The notes beneath the pieces are model-generated. The model was not told the origin of the DNA. It ran no database searches and saw only the letters and a list, made by a program, of their open reading frames with translations. Both the position numbers and the translations under genes were made by a program. Shown in pieces: positions 43,243 to 55,665 of a stretch of 64,000 nt of DNA (positions within the stretch are counted from its first letter, which is position 1; every line of letters starts with the position of its first letter). Location of the stretch: NCBI RefSeq assembly GCF_000143415.4, contig NW_003314295.1, positions 1,057,038 through 1,121,037 of the forward strand, given 5' to 3'. The stretch comes from Selaginella moellendorffii. Lineage: Eukaryota > Plantae > Lycopodiophyta.

Positions 43243-46176
43243 CTAAGTTGTCTCGGAGTTGTTGTCCTCTTGATAACACGAAACAATCCTCGCGAAAGCT
43301 TGCTTGATCTCGCCAGCTTCCTTTGGCCTCGTGTCCTCGCCAAGATCAAAGCTCTCGAAATGGCTGATGAGCGCCTCGGCCATCGCTGGAGAGATCTTGC
43401 CGCCGCCGCCGCTGCTAAGTTTCTCCTCTAGCTCGCCCAGCGACGATGCAAGAGCCGGGAAAAACGCGAGGAACCAGCTCGTGAACACCGCCACCGCCAA
43501 GTCTGCGAAGCTCGGAGGAGCCAAGAGCAGAGCGGACGAGAGAGCAGTGCTTGGAGTCGACGATCGCAGCAGCGACAGCATCCCGGACATGGCTTCCACA
43601 TCGCTCTCCGGGTTGACGCAGCTGGAGCAGAGCTTGAGCACCTCGAGGCTTGTCAAGGGTCCACACCCCTGTACTTCCGCGATGAGGAGCTTCCAAAAGT
43701 AGTGCTGCTCGATCGAGTCCCAGGCCAGTGACGCCTTGACGAGTCTGGCCAAGTTTTCGGCGCTGCCTATCACGGGGAACTCGCCGAGAGCGAGCCGGAA
43801 CTCCACGCTCAGTATCTCCGCTGGGCCGAGGACCGAGACCATCAAGTGCATGAACTTGTCATAGCCGACTGCCAGATTCGGGAGGTAGCGGCACACCGAC
43901 GGGAGAACTCGCTGGAGCCGAGCAACGTTCCACACCAAGCACGTCTTGAGATCGTTGAGTAGAGCGAACCTGACTTCTTCGTCTGGATTCGCGACGCTTT
44001 CGGCTGCAACGTTGATCAGGACGAGACTTCTCTGGAACTCCTCGTAGGCTTTGAAAGCCTCGGCCACTGCGTTGTGAAACCTCTTGCGCAAACTTTTCTG
44101 CGTAGCGCTGCTGCCTTGCCTCTGGAGCCGCTTTGTCTCTGGAGCTCTCGTCGCCTCGCCATCCTCGTCGCTGATGTCGGAGGCCTCGGCTTTGATCTGG
44201 TCCGCGTCTTTGCTCTTGAGGATGCCAAGCACGTAGTCCTTCGTCTCCAGTTCTTCCGCAAGCCGGCTTACGTAACAAAGGAGTCGTGGCCCGACTGCAA
44301 ATCCTTCCCGGGACCAGAAGAGCAGCATCGTCCGGACGTGAGGATAGCCGAAACCAACGTAGAGCCTCAAGAGGCTGGAAGTCAGGGACATGGTCTCATC
44401 ACCTTCGGCCTTGGTCGTCGGTGTAGCTGCTAGAGGGGAGAAGAGATCGTACGCTGCCTTCTTTGTGATGTCCGTTACCTGGGACGCAAACTTCTCGGCT
44501 CGCTCCTGAGAAGTCAAGCATCCCAGGGAGCTCTCGAGAACTTTGATGGCGGCGTCTTGTGACAGGGCCAGCGCCTTTGAGAACTTCTCCAGGTGTGAGA
44601 TCAGCTCACTCGCGTTTGGATCGTGAACACCCGTTCGCCTTCTCTTCCGAATCACACTCTCGGAAGTAGTGTCCACTTCGCCTTTATCCTCGCTCTCCTC
44701 ACGTACTGCGAGCTTGCCGAGAGGTTTGAGCTTGAGGCCATCGCCAGCACCTTCGACTTTGCAGTACAGTGGGAAGAGCTGGGACAGCTTCTCCCGCAGT
44801 GGCAAAGCGATGGCCGGTGCCGTCGCAAGAGGCTCCAAGTTCCGGACAACACCTTTCCCAACCAAGATCTCCACCGACGCTGCTACGCCCCGGTGGAGCA
44901 GTTCCTTTCTCGGAGGATCGTAGTGCTCCATCAGCAGGAAGAGAAACTCCAGCAGCGAGTTGGTCATGTCCACGTACTTTGGTATCGACTGAAACATGAC
45001 GAGTATCCCCGGCTCGATGTTCATGATGTTGTCGGTCTTCGGCACGAAAAAGAGCCAGTCGTAGAGAAGCGCAAGCTTCGCGTTGGCCTCGACGTGGTTG
45101 CTCTTGCAGCACTTGAGCAGCCACCCGATGAGAGCCCACCGCGGCAGGATGTCCGACTGGAGAATCTGGTTGCTGGGATGGTGGACGCAGCAAACATACC
45201 GTATCAAGTCACAGACGAGCGTCTCGCTCTCCGGGGTGGACAAGAACCGCTGCGTGAACCATCCCTGGTACCGTCGCTGGCTTCCCATTCTTACATGCGT
45301 GAGCATGAACTTGATCTGTGCCTCCATCTCTGGCGTCAACCGGGACTGAAAGTACCTCGTATGAGTCTTCACCACGTAAAGTTGTCCGATGTCCGTGAAC
45401 GAAGGCACCCTGAACGATGCCGGATTCGCCAAGAGGTCCCTCCAAATGGCATCAAACTCGGCTATGGAGGAGACGTCCTGCAAGAGCCGGATCAAGTCCC
45501 TCCCAATCCCGAGGCACTCCTGGAAGTGCTCCCGGATCATGGACGCGCAGAACTTGATCTCAGCCTGGCGGAGCTCGTTCACGGAGGAGTTCTTCGCCAT
45601 GCTGTGATCCGGAAGAAGGCGGAGATACGTGTAGACCGCGCTGGTGAGAAGGCCATGGTTGGAAGTCACCCAGGAGATTTTGGTGGTGAGAACCTCGAGC
45701 ATCTGCATCGCGAGCCATACGTTGGTCGGGCTCGTGTCACCTCCGACGATCTGGCGGAGCAGTAGCAAGCAGAGATTGTCCACGTCCGTGGCATAGAACT
45801 CGATGAGCTGCTTGAGCAGCCAGATGATCTGACCCCGAGGATGTTCCAAGAGTTTCGCGTAGGAATCGTTTACCAGGCGAAGGAGGAGGCCAACGAACGC
45901 CGCGTAGCCATCTGTGGTGATGGTCGTGAGCTGATTGATAAGAGAAGTGGCCGAAGAGCTAGTAGCGGAAGAAGCTCCCGCTCCTCCTCCTCCCTGGGGC
46001 TGGATGAGAATGGCGTAGAGAAGAGCTTGCGTGAGAGGGCCTCGCTGTGCTGGCGGCACTGTGGAGAGGTAGGATGCGCTGAGCTGCGCCTGGAATGTGG
46101 AGTAGGCCTGCGAGAGAATGATCTCGAGCTCGTCCTGTGCCTCGTGAGAACCCCTGTGGAGCAGCTTGGAAGTCAT
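43243..46176 (-). CDS. INTS3: Integrator complex subunit 3 (SOSS-A) homolog, CDS without introns
   Basis: IGRDLIRLLQD, QRRYQGWF..FLSTPESETLVCDLIRYVCCVHHPSNQILQSDILPRWALIGWLL, AKLALLYDWLFF, NIMNIEPG. Probable ATG at 46176 (MTSKLL) after a 5'UTR intron at about 46181-46260. Confidence 0.9.
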   Translation of the reverse strand: MTSKLLHRGSHEAQDELEIILSQAYSTFQAQLSASYLSTVPPAQRGPLTQALLYAILIQPQGGGGAGASSATSSSATSLINQLTTITTDGYAAFVGLLLRLVNDSYAKLLEHPRGQIIWLLKQLIEFYATDVDNLCLLLLRQIVGGDTSPTNVWLAMQMLEVLTTKISWVTSNHGLLTSAVYTYLRLLPDHSMAKNSSVNELRQAEIKFCASMIREHFQECLGIGRDLIRLLQDVSSIAEFDAIWRDLLANPASFRVPSFTDIGQLYVVKTHTRYFQSRLTPEMEAQIKFMLTHVRMGSQRRYQGWFTQRFLSTPESETLVCDLIRYVCCVHHPSNQILQSDILPRWALIGWLLKCCKSNHVEANAKLALLYDWLFFVPKTDNIMNIEPGILVMFQSIPKYVDMTNSLLEFLFLLMEHYDPPRKELLHRGVAASVEILVGKGVVRNLEPLATAPAIALPLREKLSQLFPLYCKVEGAGDGLKLKPLGKLAVREESEDKGEVDTTSESVIRKRRRTGVHDPNASELISHLEKFSKALALSQDAAIKVLESSLGCLTSQERAEKFASQVTDITKKAAYDLFSPLAATPTTKAEGDETMSLTSSLLRLYVGFGYPHVRTMLLFWSREGFAVGPRLLCYVSRLAEELETKDYVLGILKSKDADQIKAEASDISDEDGEATRAPETKRLQRQGSSATQKSLRKRFHNAVAEAFKAYEEFQRSLVLINVAAESVANPDEEVRFALLNDLKTCLVWNVARLQRVLPSVCRYLPNLAVGYDKFMHLMVSVLGPAEILSVEFRLALGEFPVIGSAENLARLVKASLAWDSIEQHYFWKLLIAEVQGCGPLTSLEVLKLCSSCVNPESDVEAMSGMLSLLRSSTPSTALSSALLLAPPSFADLAVAVFTSWFLAFFPALASSLGELEEKLSSGGGGKISPAMAEALISHFESFDLGEDTRPKEAGEIKQAFARIVSCYQEDNNSETT

Positions 46177-46499
46177 GACGCTAATTCCATGCCCATGGCA
46201 AGAAAGTGAGACTTCCGCGTGCAATGCGCCGGCCGCCGCCGCCTGCTGGAGAGAGCTTACCTCGATCGATGGATCCCTCTGAGTAAGAACCCTAAAATAC
46301 TTTTCTCAACAACGGACAATCAGGACCCTTGGTTGCGAATGATTCTCGTCGAGAGCTAGAGTACAGCCCTTGGCCGCGTCAACTAGGATGAAAATCTCAT
46401 TCCAAAGGCTGCTTTGATAGGTTTAACTTCAGTCTGGTTTTCCAACTCCAGCAAAATTTTGAAAATTACGAAAGGGAAAGTTCCTTTTATAATGTTTGT

Positions 46500-49400
46500 T
46501 ACTTATATCTCATATCAAAATAATTTAAAACCACTCAAAACCACATATAATATTGCTCAAATCAACTAAAAACTAGCTCAAATAGGTTATTGACATGTCT
46601 GTAAATTATAACTATCTTCTCTTATCTGCTTCTCACATTAAATATCTCTAATATGGATATGTTTTTTTGGGTAACTTATAACTAATCTTCTCTTATCTGC
46701 TTCTTTTATTTGGTGCAATGTTAATTGATAATTGGCATGAGAAATGACTGTTTTGGTCTTGGCAAAGACATAAACACAAGTAGAAAGTATTGTAAAAATA
46801 AGCTCATGAAGCTAATAAAGTGGAAACCCCAAATGTCTCAAAGGATAAGGCTTTGAAGTTAACTTAGTTGGTTTATAAGAACTATTTGCCAAAGGAATCC
46901 TAATAGAAATTAAATTGGTATAGCTTAAGTTGGGAGGTATATAATTCGAGTGTGTGGACTCAAATAATAATGGAGGTATGGAAGCATTAATAATGAGTTG
47001 TAGAACTTGATGACTATGAGTCAACTAAGCAAAATATATAACATAATTAATTGGATTGGTAGAAGTTAAATTTCTTATTGGGATAAGAAGGTTAAATATA
47101 TCCCGTGGGAGGATAAATTATTTATGTTGCAATATAGTAAATCAATGTCATAAAGGGAAATGCTCATTGTTAAAGAAGGCTATTATTAGGACATTTAAAC
47201 ACCTTAAAACACTAAGAAGTGGTGTTTCATATCATGAGGGTATTAGATAAAACCAAGAGACTAAATCCTTAGTGAATAATGAATAAGAAGTGCTATCTAA
47301 TGTTCAAAGTTGCAAAAATGAGAAAAATCAATTTATCTGAATTAAATAAAGCCAAAAGGGATTTTGGCAAGGTTAATGACAAACATAAGTAGCAATGTTA
47401 ATCTTGGCATGTGGGATTATAAGGTGAGCATATCCAAATTGAGGAACCACTTCTTAAGCTATTAGGTAAGTTCATCTCTAAAAATATTTACTAAGACATA
47501 GTAGAAAATGCAAATTTGTCCTTCTAACCTAGAGGAGAATAACCAAAAGAAATGTATAAGGTCAAAAGCAAATAGTAAAAGGATAGAACTGAATTATAAT
47601 AATCAAAAAGCATAACCGAGAATAGTTATACAAGTTGGGAGTAGAGAATCAAGTGGGTGCTCAAAGGTGTTGCTATTTGCAATCATGATGCCATGGAGAG
47701 TATAGAGTATGGAATTATCCATGTTAGACTATATGACAATTAAAAAACTTGTGAAAAAAGAGGCCTTAGTAAGCTAAAAGAATAGTCCTTCTAATGTTCT
47801 TAAAGACAATTCTAGGTAAGTTAATATTTAGAAAAACAAGTGTAAATGGTTCATAAAATTGCGTAAGATTAAAATGGCACAACAAAAGTATGGCTCGAGG
47901 AATAAGCACAAAACAAGGTACATGAGTCTTTAGATAATGGACACAAGAAAACTAATACATGACATGTGGAAGTATTAAGATGGAGTCCAAGATGGAGTCT
48001 AAAGTCGAGTCCAAGGTGGACCTAAGATAGAGTCTAAGGTTGAGGCTGAGAAAGAAATTGAGGCTAAAATTGAGACCAAGATTGAATTTTAAGTGCAAGT
48101 TCAAGTCTGACTCTAAAAGCTTAAAGTGTTCATTTCCTAAACCCTATGGGGTTTGGTGAGCTCCAAAAAAGGGAGGACTTCAATAGAACCAATTTGGCTA
48201 GGAAAGGCTAGTGTGACTAAAGAAAATTATACCCATGTATTACGTGATGATATATCCATTGAAGAGTTTTAGTTTCGGAGATTGATGCTGAGAAGGTAGG
48301 TCTAACCAATATTCTTACTTAAAGATTGGTGCAAACATATTGTAAGACAACTTAGGAGTTGTTAGTTCAATGGAATGATTATTCCATGGACAAAATTACA
48401 TGGAAAACTAAAGATGATATTAAGAGAGTGTTTCTGAGTTTTGGTTATGATTAAGATGACATTCCTAAAGAAGGGGAGCATTGAGTTCTATAGCCATATT
48501 ATTATATAATTTAATTTATTTAATCTATTCTCATTCTTTTATTTTCATGATCATATTGTCATATGAGAAAGCCATATTTCTTTCTTCATGGCCATTTGTT
48601 ATAATGTTGGTGTTGCCATTTGCACATTTTTTCTTTATGACCATATTGCCTTAAATTCCCTTTATATAAAGCTCATTTAACTTTTTGAGGCTGCCATCTA
48701 TGGTTGGGTCATTGTAAGCAACCAAAGAGAATAACTTGAGAGACGATGCATAATGTTCAAATATAAAGGGAAAAGACTCATGAATAAAAGTGCACCTTTT
48801 TTTCCAATTGGTTAAAAGTTTTGGGATATTAAATGTTAAACATCTTTGGGTTTAAATAATACTAGTTTGGGTGACCTTTCGGGAAGTCCAAATTCAAAAA
48901 CTTATAGTCATGAAGGAGGGAGAATGATATAAACCATCAAAACATTCCAAAAATATTCCATGGTCTATAGAATTTAAAGTTATAACACTTTAAGGGTTAG
49001 GAAGTTGGCCTATGGTACACTTTTTGTTCATTTCACTTTCATACTTTCCCACCTATACTAAAAAATCAAGACATTAGTTTTATTGAAATGATCTCCAACA
49101 TGTTAAGTATTGGATATTCTCTTGCCTAAAAAAGCATTGCATTCAAGGATTTAGTATGTTAAATACAAGATAAAATAGTATGATGGATATATAGTCCAAA
49201 TAAAGGAATCTAGAAAGTCAAGGGGAAATACCACTAATTATGAACTGTATGATCCAAGTTGTTTAAACAATTTTCTAGAGGAGATTGTGCTATGGGTCTA
49301 GAGGTTGATATCTCTATGTTTTCTAAAGTCTCATGATCACTAAAAGTTGTGGCCACGATTGTTAAAACACTAGTAGTGTTGTCACTTATATCTAACACAT

Positions 49401-52400
49401 CATTACTCACTACTTTCACATTGTTCTTAGCTCTAAACTCAACTAAAATCTCATGCTCATGAGAGGGTCATGAACTCCCACGAAGCTAGGTCCTCAAATA
49501 AAGAGGTTGTCACTAATAGTGGCACTTGACAAAGATCACCATGTTTTGCTAGTATGTGCTATGAAATGTAATAAGGAAAGGAGTTGTATATAATTGGCAT
49601 ATGGTTGGATAAGAGCCTCCTAAATGCCTTTTGAACTACTAGAAGTGCCCATAATAAAAAAATTTAGTCAAGTTTTTTCAACCATGACAAATTTTTAAAA
49701 TCATAGTTGAATCTTGTATTAAAGCAAGTTTTAATTGTGATGGGGATTGTATAGCACTAGAGCAAATGGTTGTGTATGGTTTAATAGTAGCATTAGATGT
49801 AGAAAAAGTGTGGATGTTAAATACCTCTATTTCCAACAGTGATGGATCATCAAAGAGTTTATAGAAGATAACAATCAACTTAGTTAAGAAAGCAATGTGA
49901 TTAAAAGCAAGAGTAGAATCAAGTTGTGAAGTAAGAGTAAAAATCTTCTCCATCAAAGAATGGTTATGATCATTGTAATGTTTGTTAATGTAATTTCCTT
50001 AAGTGAAAGTGAGCCAACTTGTTAAAAATCCACCACCATGAAATTCACTAATGATGAGGTATTATGAATTAAAATTGGCACTTGGTAGTATATACTTATG
50101 GGGATGATTGTATGGTTTGCAAATATTTTAAGAATAACAACCATATTGTTTTGGATTTGGAACCCAACAAACTTTGCTAATGTTAAAAAGATGATATTAC
50201 TTTTAAATCCCGAAAGTGCTTTCGTTATGATAATATCTCATAAAATGACTAATGCTATGAAAACTTATGGAAGCATGAAGAAGAAGTTATCTTGAGTTTG
50301 CAAGAGTTTCTTAATTGTTGTCCAAATCTCAAGATTGATTTCAAAAGTTGGGCAAGTGAAATAATGATTAAGCTATGCAATAGTTTTTGTATAACATTTG
50401 TTAAAAGAGTTGAAGATGTGGGAAGAGTCATGGGAGATGTCTTAACCAAGCCTGAACAAAATGTTATATTGAGTTGAGAAGGTCTAACATTAACAAATGC
50501 TAACTTAAAAAAAGTAAATTGTATACCATGACTAGACGTAGGATTTATTGAAAATTTGAGTTTTATTCTTTATTGATATTTAGGGCTATTAGTTGGCATG
50601 CCAAAGTGTGGATTTATTAGCAAAAAACATTTAAACATGTTAGCTCTTGGGAGATTAAAGTTTAGGTGGAGGTAATAACATTGTTTTGTCTGTGTGTTTG
50701 CCTCGCAATGGGTATATTATCATTGATGTCTTTTTGATATTGCTTCTATTTACTAAAGTTTTATTGCCTTAAGCTTTTCAAGAATAATAATTTACTGTCA
50801 TTACTATTGTAAAAGAGTTTGTTATTGATGCTCAAGGAGGTATTTATACTAGCAAAATTCTATGATAATAAATTCCAATCTTGGTTCTATGATTTTGGGA
50901 ACAGGTTGGCAAAAAACTACATTAATTAAATGCTTCAAAAGGTGGTTGAATAGAGAGTGGACAATATTAAAAACACCTAAAGTGAAACAAAACTTTTAAC
51001 CTCTTTTGTGTGTTTGAAAACTTGACAACACTTAGTGTGTTTGCACTAAAAAAGTTTATGCTAGATGAATGGTTTTAATCCTTAAGCAAATGCAACAACA
51101 ATGGTCTACTATGAGATCTAATATTTAGGTGAGGCACAACTTTCAATGTTGTTTAAATTGCTAAATATATTTAATGGTGAATTCATATGGTGCTTGCCAA
51201 AAAGAAAAGTTTGGTTCAATCTACATTCAAGATTGACTCTACCCAAACCTAAGCATGTCCATACATTAATGGAAGGAAGTAATTGTGCTTCCCCGCATTT
51301 GTTATGATTCTATTTAAATCACAAAAAGACTTTAAATTTCACTATGTAATATAGTGATAATAAAGCCCTAAATACAAATCCACATTGTATTTAAAGTCAT
51401 CCAAAGGATCAATTTGTCTCCACTTTTAAGGCAAGAGCTTGATTTCCACTAATTCATCTCAAATGAGAAATATTCACTAAATCTAATAAATATTTTATTT
51501 AGGTTGTCAATAGAAATGGCTAATTCAGTCCATATACTATAATAATCACTTGTATAAAATACTCAAGTCACTGTAAATGCCTAATATCACAAAGTGGTGC
51601 ACTCAATCTAGCAAATCAAATATTCCCAAATGCCTTAACCAAAACCCACAACTAAAATAAATGGTTATGAATATCACAAATTCTAAAAACAAAGTTCCAA
51701 GAGGTGTGAAAATATTAATATATTTCTAAAAAAAACAAGTGTTACACCGTTTTGTTAAAAACTCTTGCTGTGATGAATAGAATCACTTAGAAAGTAGCTC
51801 AATATTAGCATAAAAAGTCAAGTCATCCTTCTCACTTGAAAGAAACAAGAAAAAATAGTAAGGAGAAAAACTTTCAATAACAATAATTATGTTCAAATAA
51901 AGATGAAAGCTAACAAAATCTCATGGAATTAGGTATTAAACTGGATGATTCAATATAGAAATAAAAGATCATAAAAGGATCTACAATCTTAATATAAGAT
52001 ACCACAAAAAATATAGAAACTTTAAGCACTAAAGAGGAATAAAAGGCCCTAAACCCTAAATGATCGAGATTTAAATTTGGATTAAAACTTCACAATAATA
52101 GCAAATGAAAGATCAAGATTGATCACATACAATATAACAAATGGCAATGAAAATAGACTTTACACATTTGAGAAATTTGCATTTAGAGATTTCTATAACT
52201 AGAGATGAAAGAAATTAAAGTGTGATTAGCAAGAAATGATGAAAATGCACAAATTCAAATGATGAGTAGTTTTATCTTAGTATTAAGACCTTTTAGAAGC
52301 AAAATCCTGCAAGAATGGACAAAATAGAGAAAATTCTCACCACACAAAGCCTCTATATTGAATTATACATACATGCTAGAAGAAAAATATGGGCATATCA

Positions 52401-53258
52401 TAATTCCCAATGAATTAACATCTAAATAACACTTAACAAGATTTAAGATCCTATCAAATGAATTGATACAATCTCTCCCCAAAAATTGAGCTTAAAATAA
52501 ATAAAAAAGGAATAAAAACCAAAAGGAAAATGCAAAACTTCTTTATTCCTTCACGAAAATGCAAATGTTTATACTCGTTAGAAAAAGAAGCTTAATACAA
52601 AGAAAGAACACTTCAAATAAATCAAATATAAGGGAGAAAATCCAACTAATAACTCATATTACATACCATATTTTCAAGAACATTTTGAGAAGATAGATAT
52701 ATGATGTAAAAAATTCTTGTTACTTTTTATTTATCCTGCTAGGATCATTGCTCCAAACCTTATAAATCTTCTCTATTTATCAAAAAATGCTCCATAAAGA
52801 AAGAAGACAATTATCATACTAAATTTGTCAAGTTGAGTTGTAACATCTTAATTTTCTTCTTCCTTGTGATTCTGCTCACATATTAAAATTTCTCTCTATA
52901 ATTCTAGCTCAACTTTATTAAATTTCACAATTTTAATGAACCTTTAATATTTCACCTTTGCATGGATTTTATATAACTATTTGAAATTGTACTATGTGTG
53001 TGTGTGTGTGTGTGTGTGAATTTTAGGGCATAATTGATCTATCAAATTAGTAGGGTTGGGACAAGCAAGTCCAACACCCACCAAAATAAGATGCAAATCA
53101 AGTGTAATTTCAAATTTGTAACTATGGCCTTATAGAAAATTAAACAATTTGAAAAGTGTTATGACCTTCTTCTTAAGCAATTATCACTTATAAAAGTAGT
53201 GAGTTCTTCAATTTAAAATTTTATTTTTATTTGATTCTTTCATATGTTAATTCATATA
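46500..53258. mobile_element. AT-rich, heavily decayed TE region including a relic LTR fragment
   Basis: CpG-depleted, only short broken ORFs. 47970-48200 resembles the reverse complement of the intact LTR's repeat block. Confidence 0.55.
52995..53018. repeat. (TG)12 microsatellite
   Basis: Run of TG dinucleotides directly visible. Confidence 0.9.
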
Positions 53259-53263
53259 TAAGT

Positions 53264-54411
53264 TGTAAGCCACAATTTTTTCCTTTCCAATTTGCCAGCT
53301 TACCTCGTCTATCCGTCCAACGCTGCCTTGGCTTTTGCTAAGTTCCCTCGCCAAGGTTCTCGCCTATGGTACCAGCTCCTACTTGGTTTCAGCTACTCAC
53401 TGCACGAGCAACGGAGTGTTAGCCATCCTTCCACGGATTCCCAAATCACTCCCAATCCCCCTCCCCGGGTTAGACTGGACTTAAGGTTCGGCTACACTCC
53501 CCGCAAGCACAAGCAGCCAAGCACACCAAGCTTCCAGATTCCTAACATCCCTTGGTACCACAAGACTTGATCATGGGACCCTCTAAATCCCAAGTCTTGA
53601 GTGCAACACTTGCTTCGGGATGTCGGGGCGAAACACCGTGGCCTAGCGGCCCGGTATGGGTACCTCTCGCCCCCCACTTCCATCCCGAAGGAAGGCCCAA
53701 GCCCCTAGGGAGGGCGAGGACCAATGAGCCGCATGGTACTCAAGTGGGGCACCACTCCACATGAGCCGGGAGCACCACAATCGGTTTCCCTTTCGGGAGT
53801 GGGGGCTGCTCTTGAGCACTTCCTTGGATGGCCCCTCCGGCACCAGCCAAGTCCATGCTCACTCCCACCCAAGGCCCCTCGGTCCCAGTCTCAACCTCAA
53901 GTCGGTTTGGAAGCCCAACTGGAGAGTCCCTTCAAAACTGGTTCCTGGACCTCACTATCCCTATTATACTTTTGGAACCCTCTGCAGCCCCCCCCCCCTG
54001 GGAGACGCACGCTTTGGGCTTTCACCCCTTGACCTGTATTAGTATTTGGACTTAGTCTCTGGCTCGATCTCGGACCCGATTTCGGATCCGACTTCGGATT
54101 CGGTTTCGGACTCGATCTCGGACTCGATCTCGGACCCGATCTCGGACCCGACTTCGGACTCGACCTCGGACTCGGTCTCGGACCCGATTTCGGATCTCGG
54201 ACTCCGTCTCGAACTCGGTCTCGAACTCGGACTCGAACTCGGTCCCCGAGTCGGTCTCGGACTCGATTCCGGACTCGATCTTGAACTCGGTCCTAGAGTC
54301 GGTCTTGGACTCGATCTTCGACTTGGTCTCATCCGATGAACTCTTTGTCATTTTGGTCATGCTTTCGGGGTTCCTTTAGCCTACGACACCTCGGCGAGTT
54401 GGTTCCTTACA
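53264..54411 (-). repeat. 3' LTR (1148 bp)
   Basis: tgtaagccac...ccttaca; near-identical to 59646-60795. Confidence 0.97.
54047..54330. repeat. 6/12-bp degenerate tandem repeat (GGACTCGATCTC-like) inside the LTR; copy at 60431-60714
   Basis: Periodic cggactcgatct/cggacccgatct units; gives rise to the spurious SDSI/RVRD ORFs. Confidence 0.9.
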
Positions 54412-54424
54412 ACTCCACCACCCA
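54412..54424 (-). other. Polypurine tract adjacent to the 3' LTR
   Basis: Minus strand tgggtggtggagt immediately before the LTR TGTAAGG. Confidence 0.65.
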
Positions 54425-55195
54425 TAGAAGAAGTTCGATGCCCACATCGAACGTCTCGTTTTATCCTACGACTTGTTGACCATGTCTCCGGGGGCATCCC
54501 CCCACTTAGCGGTGTGCCTAAGTTAGCCTCCCCGGCCAAGAGCCCATGACAACGGAATATAGGTGTCCCTATACTCCTCACCTCACCACGCCCTAGTATA
54601 GGGTCGGGACTTGAACCCAGCCTTGCTTTACTAGGGGGTTGGGACTCGAACCCAACCTCCGTAGAATACGTCTACGGATTCGACATCCCCGCAGGGAGTC
54701 GAGCGTAGCTCCCTACGCCTGGTCGACCTAGCTAACCCATGCTAATTAGCTTACCTTCGGCGCGCCTTCGGGTCCCAACATATGCCATTGCTCAACTTCT
54801 CAAATTGATACTTTTAATTGAACTTTGCATAAGTACATAGAGTTCTTCCATGCAGAAATTCCTCCACTAGATCTCGCGCGTTCGCTAGGTTCTCCTTCGG
54901 TTCCCATGTTGCTTCGCAGTGTGGAAATCCTTTCCACTTCACATGGAACTCTCTCACCTCGCGTCCTTGTCGCTTGCTCTTGCGCGCATTGAGGATGGCC
55001 TCGACTTCGTATTCCTCCTCCCCTTGGATAACCTCAGGTAAAAGTCTTACTTGGTCCTTGCGAAGCAGATCCTCAAAATACGGCTTGAGTAAGTTCACGT
55101 GGAACACGGGATGCATCTTCCCCATCTCTCGAGGAAGTCGGAGACGGTAAGCCACTTTACCGATTCGAGCCTCGATCTCGTAAGGCCCCGCGAAC

Positions 55196-55247
55196 CTGCT
55201 TAAGGAACTCAAGATCAATTCATTTACAGGAATACATGCATTTTTAC
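55196..55247 (-). other. Putative 52-nt GT-AG spliceosomal intron in the retrotransposon integrase C-terminus
   Basis: CAA AG|gtaaaa...taagcag|G TTC GCG GGG CCT TAC restores KLTQRFAGPY. Confidence 0.8.
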
Positions 55248-55665
55248 CTTTGGGTCAACTTCCGGCTGATCCCACTTGGTAGCCTGAGGTTCTTGGTGTT
55301 CAGCCACACCTTCTCCCCAGCTTGGAACTCCACATCTCGACGCTTTTGGTTCGCATACTTAGTTTGCCTTTGTTGAGCCCGTTCCAAGGAATCCCTCACT
55401 AGATTCCAAATGTTGAGTCTTTCCGCCGTGAATGCCTCCACTGCGGGTAACTCTCCATGATACTCGGCCACGCCGAGTTCGACAGGACCTTCAATAGCTC
55501 GCCCATTGATGACTTCCCATGGACTCACCCCGATGCTCGAATGTGGTGAGTTGTTATAACACATTTCCGCAAGTCCTAAATGACTTACCCAGTCGGTCTG
55601 GTCTCCCGAGACATAGCATCGCAAATAATCCTCCAGCTGCCTATTCACCCTTTCCGTTTGTCCGT

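Noticed and set aside
44623-45765. 380-aa + strand ORF, and similar long antisense or alternate-frame ORFs over the PP2C, PPR, CHR12-like and HARBI1-like genes
   Set aside because: Shadow ORFs of GC-rich coding sequence with no recognisable motifs.
49234-50477. Short ORFs in the AT-rich region
   Set aside because: Broken, compositionally biased, no assignable TE or host domain.
54039-54360. Repetitive ORFs (SDSISD..., RVRDRV...) in both LTRs; superficially array-like
   Set aside because: By-product of a 6/12-bp tandem repeat in the LTR; no unique spacers, so not CRISPR, and no evidence of coding.
54595-54660. Possible tRNA gene
   Set aside because: Only T-arm-like hairpins; no acceptor, D or anticodon arms could be assembled by eye.
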